From: Camelus dromedarius
Taxonomy: Eukaryota
DNA: 64,000 bases
Direction of reading: 5' to 3'
NCBI RefSeq assembly: GCF_036321535.1
Contig: NC_087436.1
Span: 121,150,001-121,214,000 of the forward strand
Below the pieces are notes generated by a model that saw only the letters and a list, made by a program, of their open reading frames with translations, made no database searches and was not told the origin of the DNA. Position numbers and translations under genes: made by a program. Positions 11,901 to 23,900 of the stretch are shown piece by piece (within the stretch, counting starts at the first letter, position 1; every line of letters begins with the position of its first letter).

Positions 11901-14900
11901 CACAGACATCAGGGACCAGCTTTGGACTCCCGCCCTCTGCCACCTGCTGAATTCCTCAGCACCCAAGGACCCTGACCCTTGTGAACGCAGCCAGCTCACC
12001 TGGATGTGGAAATGCCCTTGAAAGGCCCTTGACAGGACCTGTCAATGTAAAAGAGGGAGACGTCCTGTAAGCCCCGCCCCCTCCCGGAAACGTCTGTTTA
12101 ACCTAAGGCCCCGGACTCCAACTCCGGGCAGACCCTGTCTCCTGAGCCCACCATTCTCCCCGTCAGCTGAGCCTGTCCAGTGGGGAGGACTCCCTGAATC
12201 TCTGCACCCCACCCTAGTGTGTCCCTCCCCTGCCCTGCAGCCCTAACACACACAGGGGCCTGTAACCAACCGAGAGGCAGAATCAGACCACACTGGGGAC
12301 CTCGGGCTCCCGGCCACCAAGCCCAACCTCCATCCAAATAACCCGGCCAGGGTGCTGTCCATGTGGAGGGAACAGACAGGGACAGAGGGAACGTGTCCAC
12401 ATGTGGGGCACTCAGAGCCACACCAAGACCTGCACGCCTGCCCCGACCCCCTCCCCCACAGTCTCCAGGGCCCACTCCTGACATCCCACCACCGAATGTC
12501 TCAGGGTGGTTGAAGGGGGCCAGGGTCACGTTCGCTGCTCTCTGAAGAGTGGTCTGGGGTTGGGGATCCAGAGGGTATGGTTCTGGGGGCCTGGGGGCCA
12601 GGCTGGGACCTGAACCGGGGAGGAGATGTTAATTCTTTACATCCAAAACCTTCCAGGGCCTTCTGATGGCTCTAACCCACTGTCTGTCCCAGATTGAACA
12701 TGCCCGGGGCCCCAGACCCCACATGACCTGAATTCTAGAAATTTTACAGCCCAAGTGACCCTTGTCATGAGCTGAACAGGGTCTCAGAGCAGATTCACAT
12801 CCCAGAGCCTCTGCCTGTGGCCTTATTTGGGGAAAGGGTCTTTGTAGATGTAATCAGGGGGAATTCCAAGATGAGAGCATCCCAGGTTGGCAGGTGGCCT
12901 GATATCCAGGGACCGATATCCCACAGACACGGAGGAGGAGGCAGAGGGAGAGGTCGTGTGAAGACGGAGCAGAAACTGAGCTAAATGCGGCCACCAGCCC
13001 GGGAAGCCCTGGGGCCACAGGAGCTGGAACAGGCAGGAAGGACCCTCCCCGGGAGCCTCCGAGGGAGCCCAACCCCACTCAAACTTTGACTTTGGACAGA
13101 ACAGTGAAGGAGTCAATCTGTGTGGTTCTAAGGGCCCCAGTTTGTGGTAATTCGCTACGGCAGCCTCAGGACACTAACTCACCCCCCTCCCCCTCCGGAC
13201 GTGAGCTGCCGCCCTCCTCCCGGGCGGGCCCAGGCCCTGAGTGGCCTGGTGCTCTGACCACGGGCGCAGGGGTGAGCCATCCCTCCACCACCCAGCCCTG
13301 CAGTGAGTCTGGTGACGGTCTAGAAACCGGAATAGCCGGTGGAGCAGTGGCAAGCCTGTCCCTGAAGGAGAAGGGAGCCCAGCAGGACTTGCAGAGGGTC
13401 CAGACTGGCCCTGCCACCTGCTGCCCCCACCGTGCTCTCCAGCCACCGCTGACCAGGAGGGCTTGGCCAGGGGCCTCGGACGGGGACTTGAGGGAAGATG
13501 AGGATCCCCAGGAGGGACTCCCTTTGGGGTCGGGGTCCCCGGTGGACAGAGCACACCCAGACTCACACCCACAGGTCAAGGCAGACCGGCCAGGCCAGCA
13601 GAGCTTGGGGGACGGAGCTAACCCGTGGCCTCAAGCAGAGGCGCTGGGACGGTGCTGCCGCGGCTCATGCCGGGGAGCCCGGGAAGCACGGCGACTCGAG
13701 TGCAGCTTCTGCCCTCGCGGGGGGTGCTGCTCGGATGCCTGAAACGGCCGATGAGCCGGAAAGGAGCCCACCCACTCCAAGGGTCGGAATTTCCTCTGAA
13801 GCCTCAGAGGAAAAGTATCCCACGGCCCTATTACATGATGTCCGGGCAAATAAAACAGTGTCCAAGGAGCCAGCTGGGCCACTGTCCCGGCCCCGCGCCG
13901 GGCACACCAGGGCCAACCCCAGGTCTGCACGCCAGGCCTCAAAGTGGCCTCAAGTCATCCTGTCTGAGCCTTGGTGCCCAGAAGGCCACAGTCCAGCGAG
14001 GACGCTGGTCTCCTTCCCCCAGGGGGCCCTGAGCAGCTCCAGGACCGCACATCCAGGGGCCTGAGGAGGGAAGTGCACTTTGAGCACCCACGCAAGAGAG
14101 ATGAACAAAGCTGGGAGAGGGCCCCCGAAACCCCCCCACTGCTCTGGGCAGCACAGTGGCCAGGGCGTGTCCAACAGAAAGGACTCTGACCGATGTCCCA
14201 TCTGGCCCCTCCACGTCAGCCCCGGGCAGGCAGGCCAGCAGCTGTGCTCGCCCTCGCTCCCGAGCAAATCCCCAGGCAGGGAAGTGCGCAGGCCTGGCCG
14301 TGGTCAAGGCCCCTCAGACTCTGGCTGTGGCTCCCAGGCCAGCTCCAGGGCCACTTTGCCAAACTGCCCATCCCACAAAGCCACCTACACCCCTACACCC
14401 CAGCCACACACCCCTTCCTGCCTCTCTCTGCATCTCCAAACTGTTAACCTCCCCAGCCCAGGATGGCTGATCGTCATGAATTCGGTGGCTATAGCCGTCT
14501 TGCTGGCTCGAGCAGGAGCTTGAACCTCACCTGCCTATCCACCTCTTTGCTGAGCATCTCTGCAGCCTGTGCCTCGTCCCCTCAAATGCAGGTTCCTGTG
14601 GGCTGCCAGCTGGGCGGATGGATCACAGGCCCAGATCGGCCTGTTCCACGTCACATCCCCTTTGCAGAATGAGGGGACCAGGGGGCCAGCATCCAGCACA
14701 CACACGCCCTCCAGTGCATTCCCTCCACCCAGAGAAATTCAGGCATGACAGAGGCCCTGGGGCCCAGTGGACCCCCACTCAACCCTGGCCGTACTGAGAG
14801 TGTGTGCCACACCCTGTGGTAAGCCCATGCCACTGTCATCCTCACATGAGGCTGCGGGTTGCGGGGTTAATGCCCCTTTACAGGGCTAGGGAAGTGGAGA

Positions 14901-17900
14901 GAGGTTGCCAGCAGCTCGGAGCCTCCATCTCCCCTCCACATGAGGGAGGGGCTGATGCCCCTCACAGGTGGGTTTCCCAGACTCCCATCCAGGCTCTGCC
15001 CTCCGGACCAGCACACTGACTGGAGCTGTCGAGGCCACCTGCCAGGTCAGCAGGAGGCCTGGGCTGGCCGCGAGCCCAGGGCAGCCAGTGCAGACAGGCT
15101 CAGCCCCCAACCCTGGGAGAGAGAAGACAAGGGACTTTGCAGCCCCCACAGCGACTACAGGTCCAGAGGGGTGTATCGCTCCCCTGCTCAGAGGATAGCG
15201 GGGACCCCTGAACACCCCATCCCCACTGTGCCCCAAACTCTCTGCCTGAGGGACTGTGTGCATCCTCCCAGCCCCACTCCCAGCCTGGGGGCCAGCTCCC
15301 TGGAGTGCTCACCTGGCCCCCGATGCCACATCAGTCCTCGAGACCCCTGCCCTCCCAGCTGGGTCCTCACATTTGGCCCTCATCTGTGATGTCAGGGCCT
15401 GGGTTTGGAGAGATCAGGGCCATGGAAGCTAGGGTGTGCACTAAGGTGTTTCCCGAAACATCCTTAATAAACACATCTATTCCTTTTTTTTCCCCCCACT
15501 AAATCCAACTTAAGCTGCTCTAATGCTCTGGGACCTGGGACAAAGGCCGGTGAGCGACAACATGCGATCTGGGGATGCCAGGTGCCCCTCCTCTCCACCT
15601 CCAAGCCCCTCCCGCCGACGGGGAAGAGCAGGGGCAGCCCCGAGGGCCCAAGGGGCTGGGCTCAGCACTGAGAGCGGGGTGTTTGAGACATAACTCTGCC
15701 GTGTTTCCTAGCAGCCGGCCTGCGCGCGGGTGGGTCGGCTTCAAGCCACAGTCCACCCAGGGAAGCCAAGAGGTCTGGGGCTGCCCGTGGCCCCAGGTCC
15801 CCGCAGCCCACGTACTTACAGTACCCACACCTGGTCCCGCCTTCAAAGATGAATCCGTTCGGCACGGCCCCGTAGCGCCGGAGGTCTGACAGCTTCCACT
15901 GCCCCGCGACAGCTGGGGGCACATCCCTGGCCACCACGAGGATGTCATTGCAGAGGTGCAGGGTGGCGGGGCCGCTCTCCAGCTTGGTGCCTGGAGCCAC
16001 CGTCACGTGGAATCTGTGTACTGGGGGCCGGGCAGGGGTAAGAGGGCATCACTGGGGACAGAGGCGGCTGGGTGGGGAGCAGCACCCGGGTGTCAGCTCC
16101 AGAGGGCGGGGCTGCCCCCACCCCACACCCCTACCCTCCACATCTGCTCCCAGTGCCACATCTCTCCCCCAGTCCCACGGGGACCGCCCTGACCACCCCT
16201 CCTCATCCTAACAAGGCTGATGTGGCCTTGGTGCACTCTGGGAAAAGCTCCCATGAGCCTGCAGATAAATCCGCTGCATCAGGGCTCCTGTTCACAGCGA
16301 GTCCTCTGAGAAACCCCTATAAGGTCAGTGGGTTGGTCCCATTTCAAAGATGGGGAAATGGAGGCCTGGGAAGCCCAGCCCCTGGTCAGTTTGTGGAGAG
16401 TCCAGGGTCTGCCTCACAGCCCAGCCTGGCTGCACGGACACCCAGGACACCGTGGACCCCTCCCTCTCCAGTCAGGGGTTCTCCCTGGAGCTGAACATGA
16501 CGACGTGCTCCCCGAGGCCTCCTCCACCACCCACGTCCCTCCTTTGCCCTAGAAGCCCCTCAGGAGGACAGTCGTGAGCTCTTCCCTCCCCAGACCGCCC
16601 CACCTCGGAAGGGGACACACCCTGGAGGAGCCCAAGAGCACCTGGGGCCTAGCTGCCCACCGCCTGTGTCCACCAGCCTCATCTCTAGCCCTGCCCCCTC
16701 CTCCCCGGAGCCCCACCCGCGTCCCTGCAGTGGGGGCCTCAAGGGGGTCCTGACGTCCAGTCTGTCTGGCCCAAGGTGGCCAGGTGTCAGAGACCCCATC
16801 ACAGTGTCCTGGTGATTTCTCTCAAGGAGCCAAGACAAGGCACCAGCTGCCTCTGTGCAGGGACCCTGACTGCCCCCAGCAGAAAAGGAGCTGTGCACGG
16901 AGCCAGGCTGAACTGGCAGGACCCCAACCGGAGGACTTTCTGGAAAGACGCGGCTCTCCCTGTCTGCCCCTGCACCCCCTCACTGAGCCATCCACATGCC
17001 CCATGCATGAGGCTCCTGGCCTGGGGGCTCCCGGAGGAGGGAGGGGCTGCTGCCTCCCACCCCCTACCCCTGGCTGGGCTGAGCTGAAGTGAGCCAGGCC
17101 CTCACCTGGGGCAGAAAACCATGGCCAAGTTCAGTGATATTTCAATGATTATTTAAAGAGTAAAATTTAATGCAAAATGCCCATGGTGAGTGAAACATCA
17201 AATGTTTAAATAAAGACCAGGCTAGTCAAGGTTGTGGCACTAGGGTGGGTGAGGAGGCGGACGTTCCAGGTGGCTCAGAGCCTGTCTTCACTTTAAATTC
17301 GAACACTATGTTCATCACAGGCTTTGGGCTTTAATTTTGAATTTTTTAAATACTGTGTTAAAATATCATGGGTCTTTGCGGCTCAGCTCGGGGTCCACCC
17401 ACCTCTGCTCACACAGCCTGCGGGGCTGAGAGGTGGGCCGGGTCCTCCCCGTCCGCCTCCAGGACGACCTCCCAGGAGCACGGGCACCCCCCGCAGCCCC
17501 CTGGCCTCCCTGCTACTCCCTTCACCCCAGCTCTGGGCTCAGCCGCCAAGTTAGGGAGCAAAGGGCAGCAGTTTGCGAGGTCAGTCCGCTCAGACAGTTG
17601 CTTGCTTTCCTTAAAGTCGCTAGTTCTGATGAACAGGGTCACGTTAGGGAGTTGAAAGGGCCTCCCCCTCAACCACAGCCGGGCCCCTCCAGGCCGGGAC
17701 ACTGAGCCCTGAGCACAAGCCGGGCAGAGGGCGTCAGCAGGGACTCGGGGCCGCCCCGAGTCACGTCCCAGCCTCTGCAGCCCGTTGGTCAGTGAACCAC
17801 GGGACAATCGGGGCAGAGGCTGTCCCCTTGGACCCCGCGACGACGTCACTCACCCTCGCCGAGCGCGTAGCGGATCCGAGCGTCCCAGGCACACATGGCC

Positions 17901-20900
17901 TCCCGGCTGTCGAAGCCCAGCATGACGGCCTGTGACAGGCAGACGATGGCCAGCGTGTGGACCAGGCCCTCGTAGGGCAGGCCGGGCTCCAGGCCACAGA
18001 TGTCCTCCAGTGTGAGGCTGCTCCGTTCCCGGAGCCCCTTGGCTCGCTCCGACTTGTCCCTGTAGGCCAGCATCAGCAGGCAATCTGTAGAGGGCGCCAG
18101 AGGGGCTGTCAGGGGTGCCAGGCCACGGCACCTCCGCCCCCAAGTCCCCAGCATCCCCCACGCCCGAGAGTCCAGGTCCGAGACGTGACCCCAGGCCAGC
18201 CACTCAGCCACTCTGGGTGCCCTCCCCTTTGCGCACGAATAGCACCTCCCACCCTGCGTGGCTACAGGCTGCACGGGCAGTCGCAGGCCCGCACCGCATC
18301 CCGGCTGGGCCTGCCCGCCTGCGCCTGGCCGCAGCCAGTGCGCCCGCCTGCCCCAGGCTCTGGGGCTGCAGGGCAGCTCAGCCTGCCTGGGCTCAGGCCT
18401 CCTGCCTCAGCCCGCGACTGCGGCTTCCCGCCACACCTGCACCCGCTTTGCCTCCTGGGTTTCTCGGTTTCCAGGGTGTGACTTGGACCCCAGCCCTGGG
18501 GCAGGGAAGAAGGCCACTGAGCCATGGGTCCCACTGCCAGACACTACCCGAGCCACCCCCAGACCCGTGCAGCAGGCCCCAGTCTCACTCCCGGCTGCGG
18601 GGGACATGCCCAAGTCTATCTCCTCAAATTCCCCTTCTCCCTCAGCGATCATAGTCGCTGTCCTGGGACCCGGGAGGCAACACGCAGTGCACTTGAAGGG
18701 ATGCAGTTCCAGAGGTGGCACTGCCCCCCCCCCGCTCACCCGTGTGGCCCTGGCAAACCGCAATAGAGCAGATGACGCGCGTCCCTCCTAAGTGTGCCTG
18801 CGCCCGGCCCCAGCTCCCAGTCTGTGATGAGGGTGTGGGGTCTGGGGGCCCAATGTGAACACCTAAACACTGAAGTGTGACACAACCCCGAACCCTGGGT
18901 GGAAGCCGGGGCAGGAGAGGATGGGGCAGCAGAACACGGCCATGGAAGGAGCACAGGCTGCTCCCACCTGAACCCTCTGGAGAGCGGTCCCGCCACCCCA
19001 AGCGACCACCAGATCCCAAACGCACTTGACTCAACACTCACGTTGGCACCAGACGGAGCACACGTGTGGTGTTTCCTGCCCGGCCCGGCCCAACAAACCA
19101 CAGGCACAGCCCCCCCTCAGAGCCAGAGGGGGCCTGAGCGACACGGAGGCCTGGGTTCGCAGCCTCTCCCTGCGAAGGCCGGAGGGTGGACGGTGTGCCC
19201 GGACCCCTGCCTCTGCCGCCGGCGTGAGAGCAGCTGCAGACAGTGGGAACCAGCATGCGTGACGGTGTCCTGACAAACCTGTGTTGACTAATCCAGGACT
19301 GTGATGGGGGAGCTTCCTATTTGAGACCTTGTCTGTAGTGCTTGAAATTCTCATATCAGCAAAAAGCCAAGATGTTCCCATTTTGAAGGAAAACACAACA
19401 CAGAACCCAGAGAAACCCCCTGCCCGCCCAAGCACGTTCTCCCTCGAGCGCAGCTCCCTTTAGAATTTGTGGCCTGACCCGGAGAGAAGCAAGTCAGACG
19501 GGCCGCGTGAAGGCATGTGTTGTTACGGAAGTGTCCCCCAGTGTGTCACCAGATGCCCAAGAGGCGACAGCTTGGGAAGGGGGTGGGCACAGAAAGACCC
19601 CCAGTATAGCTCTGCTCAAAGAGAGGCCACCAAGGCAGCCACGGAAGGGAGCGCAGGCGTGGGGACGGCCCCGCCACCCACACCCAGGAGGCTCTACCCT
19701 CAGACCTGCCGACCGCCTCCCGCCACCCCTTCTCCGAAGAAGCTGGCCTCGCTCATGTGGTTTTCCTGTTTGCTGTCTGCCCTCGACCCCTCCCCGGAAG
19801 GGGAGCTCTGGACGGCAGACCCTCTTCTACTGGAGCAAGGACAGCCCCCATCGCCTGGCACCAAGGACGGTGAGGACCTTTTGTCACATGAAAGGCCATT
19901 CGCTTTAGTTGTGGCCGGACCAGCAAGGCAGAACAAGACTGTCACCTCCTTTGTTCTAGGAGTTACGCTCCCAGTAATACAGCAAGGTCAATAAACCTTT
20001 CTGTAAAGAGTCTGACAATCACTATTTTCGGAGACCTGGGCCGCGAACTCTCTGCGACAGCAGCTGCAGGCCACACGTAAGCCAAGGGCTGTGTTCTAAT
20101 AAAACTTTATTTCAGAAACGAGCAGCCGGCTGGATTTGGTTCATGGCCCCGTTTCGCCAACTCGCAGTCTAGAGTCAAGTTTGCCGCGGGAGTCCCTGCG
20201 TCACCCCACAGCCCCTCACACCTTCCGGCCGCCTCCTGCTGCCAAGCGGGTCCCGCCGCCCTGGACGCCTGCACCGCAGGCTGGTTTGTGTGAGACTCGG
20301 TGCAAACGCCGGCATCTGTCCCCGAGACCCTGCTCCCGGCCCGCCCAGCCTTTCTGAGTCCTGGCTCTATCCGAAATGCAGCTCCTGTCCCACTCCTGGA
20401 GGAGGTCTGAGAATCAGTGCACACCTTCGCCCACCCGCGGTGACCCCCAGAACCTGCAAACAGGACCTGATTTGGAGAAAGGGTCTTTGCAGGTACGATC
20501 ACGTTAAGGCGCTCAAAGTGGTCATCCCAATCATCCGCGTGGCCTAAACCTGGAGATGAGCGTCCGTGTGAGCGACACAGACACAGAGGAGAGGCCAGGG
20601 AAGCCGAGGCGCAGGCAGACGAGCCGCAAGCGGAGGAGGCTGGAGTGAGAGGCGGGAGGAGCTCAGCGCTGCCGCCGCCGCGGTTTGGGACCTCCAGCCC
20701 CCAGGACTGTGAGCGAGCGCGTCTGCGTTGCTTGAAGCCCCCCAGTCGGTGGTAATCTGTCACCACAGCTCTGTCACTGATCTCACTTTTAAACATGAAC
20801 AGAACAGGGTGAGGGACAAGGCTGCGGGACGTGCTCCCGCCTTCTGCTTGGTGGGACCGCCCAGAGCCACAGCTGACGCCCACCGTCAGACTCGGGGCCC

Positions 20901-23900
20901 CTCGGCCCCCGCTGTGGGCTCCATTAGCTGAGGTGGAACCCAGTTCACGGGAGGGGGCTGGGTGGGGCGTGGCAAGTGTGGGACCCAGTGGGGCCCTGGG
21001 ACGGGCAGCTGCCCCTCCCCATCACCTCGGGCCACAAATTGATCCTATTTTTAAAACCCGTTCTGTGGGGGACGCTGTTCGGCACAAGCCGCTGCAGTAA
21101 CAAGCACGAGAGAAGCCGAAATTCTCTGTCCGGGGCCTGAGACACAGCAGGGTAGGGCCTGGGGAGACAGTGCCAGCGTTCCCAGGGAGCAGCGACACCA
21201 CCGGCCCTTCCTGCCGACACGCCAGCCAGAGGAACGTGAGCGCCTGTGTAGCTGGCCAGCTCAGCCAGGGACCACACTGGGAGCATCCTCGGGGCACCGA
21301 CCACTGTGAGGCCTGGTCAGCGGCTGAGGAGGCACCAGCGGCCTTCCCGCCCGGCACCCTGGGCCCCCTACTCGGATGGCTTCTTCCTCCCTACACCAGG
21401 CCACGTGGGCCCCAAACCCCCGGCTCCCACCAGCACCCGGCCAAAGCGTGGGGCTGAAGGGGCACAGCCTGGCCCGGGGCCGTCCTGACTCCCGCGGCAG
21501 GAGATGAGGAGATGAAGCCGCCCACAGGGCCTGGAGGGAGGCCTGCACGAGGGCAGCTCGCCACCAGGATGGAGGGGACCGGGCCGTCATGGTGAGAGGA
21601 GGCACAGATGGCGTGATGACAGAAGTGCTAGACGTGAACCCAGGAAGTGAGGACCAAGGGGGCCCGCACAGGCACGCACACCAACACACACTCACGTATG
21701 CTCACACAAACATCCACACGCTTGTTCACGCGTGTATGTGCACACACATATGCCCTTGCACATACACTCACACACGCTCTGCATCCCTGTGCGCAGGTGC
21801 CACGGCCTGAACCCTCGTCTGGGACTGGGGACCCGTCCCTCAGATCTTGGAGCCTCCACTCTCCGTCTGAGAAATGGACGCCACCCACCCCACGGAGTGG
21901 AGGCGCTAACACTGCCCCAGCCTGGCACGCAGAGGCCCTCGGAGACACCACACACCCACGTGCAGAGTGGGAGGAGCAGGGACCTCGGCCTGGGGCCTGG
22001 GACAGTCCCCATCACCATAAACACCAGGGAGGGCACACTTTGGGCCATGCAAACCCGCCTGGGGGTTGCCCCCCCCCAGTGACATCCGCCCGCCCACATT
22101 GAGCGTGGGTGCTTAGGTGCAGGACAAGGCAAACTCTCTGGCGCCCCGTCATCCCACACAGGGTCCTGCTCATTGAAAGGGCCACTGGAAGACCCCCACT
22201 GGGGCCCCTCGGAGCCCACCTCCATCTCCTGCCAGCCTCCCCTACAGCCCTCAGCCCAGTTCATTCTGCTCACGAGCAGCCCGGGGACCCAGGAGACAGA
22301 GCCCATCTCCTGTGGCGCTGACACCGAGGAGGTGAAACAGCCAAACTCCGAAAAATGTTGATAAAGAAGAAAACTATGAGCAAGTGCCATTCAGGGGACC
22401 AGAACAGGACTTCGATGAAAATGGCTGCTGGGGGCCCTGAGCACAGGGGTCAGAGACTCTGCCAGCGGGGACAGTGGACTCCCGAGTGATGTCAGGGCCA
22501 GCACCGCAGGAAACAGCATCATGCTAGAGGGAACAGCAGTGCAAAAGCCCAGGCCAGGGACCCGGTGGGCAGGGCCAGCAGGAGGGGGAGGGGAAGAGCT
22601 GTCCAAGGTGTGGGCGGGTCCAGCCAGGTGAGCCTGCCAAGCCAGGCCGCGAGCCTCGTCCCAGCCCACCAGGGGGCCCTGGGAGCTGCAAGCAACAGAG
22701 GACCCAGCCTGGCTGCGTGAGGAGAACCAACACGGGGTGACAGCAAAGCTCCAGGCTCCTGCAGCTGTCCAGGCGAGAGGCGCTGTCGGCCAAGGCTGGG
22801 CAGAGGAAAGGGGGCCCAAGGCGAGGCTCTTCTGGAACCATGGTGACAGCCCCGAGGGGCCTTCCCTCTGCCAGGGGCAGCGCTAACTCCCAGGACCTCT
22901 TGGCAGGCAGATGAATGGGGGAGAGAAAGAAAGAGGATGATGCTGGATTGGGGGCGATGCCTGGGGAGGGGATGCGGGGGTGGGGAGAGGATGTGGGGGT
23001 GGGGGTTGGGGTTCTGTCCTGGACACATAAGCCAAGAGGCCCTTCGGACACCAGGCGGCGTGCACGCCGGCAGCTGGACACACGCGTCTGAAGATGTAAA
23101 AATAACTGTGGAGTCATGGGCACTCAGAGGCGTTTACAGCCCGGGGCTGAAAGCCTGGGGAAGGCGGCTGAGGAAAGGAAATCTCTGGGCCTTGTAGGAG
23201 GCAGGGGGCCGGCAGAGAGGATAGGGAGCTGGGAGAGGAGATGGAGGTTAATGCCCACCCACGGGACGCAGCCAGAGGAGCGGTTGCTGGATTTAGCCCT
23301 CAGAGGTCACAGTGACCTTGAGGTGGTGCCTTCAGCAGAGCAGCAAAGCAGCAGGGCAGGAGCCTGAGGGGACCCTGCAGTGGGGCAGCAGCCTGGGGGG
23401 TAGCCCTGGGCACTGGGGTGGGGGCTGCTGACCGGCAGAGCTGCTGGTGCCTCAGGCCAAAGTCAGGAGGGACCCTTCTGACCTAGAGGCCCAGGCCCGT
23501 TTAGGATACAATTCAGGGAGGAAGCAGGGGCGGGCTGCCCCAGGGCATGGGCATCAGCGCTGCAGACAGTGTCCCGGGCTACTACGCACCCGGCAGGTGA
23601 GGGTGGGCCCCTCCCGCCCGCCACCCGCCCACCGTCCGTCCACCCACCCTCCACAGGGACCATCTCCAGGGCCCAGTGAGGACCCATGCAGGCCACACAA
23701 CCAGTACAAGCAGAGGCAAGAGCTCAGCCCAGGCGTTCTGATTCCCAGCCTGGAACCAGGCGCTGTAGGAGGCCCTGGCCCTTTTGTGAGGTCCCCATAA
23801 GGCCAGGAGGGCTGGCCACCACCCATACCCTGTCCTTGGGCTTCCTGCTCAGCCAGGACTGAGATGTCATGCCCATTCCCACGGGACACAGATGATCCCA

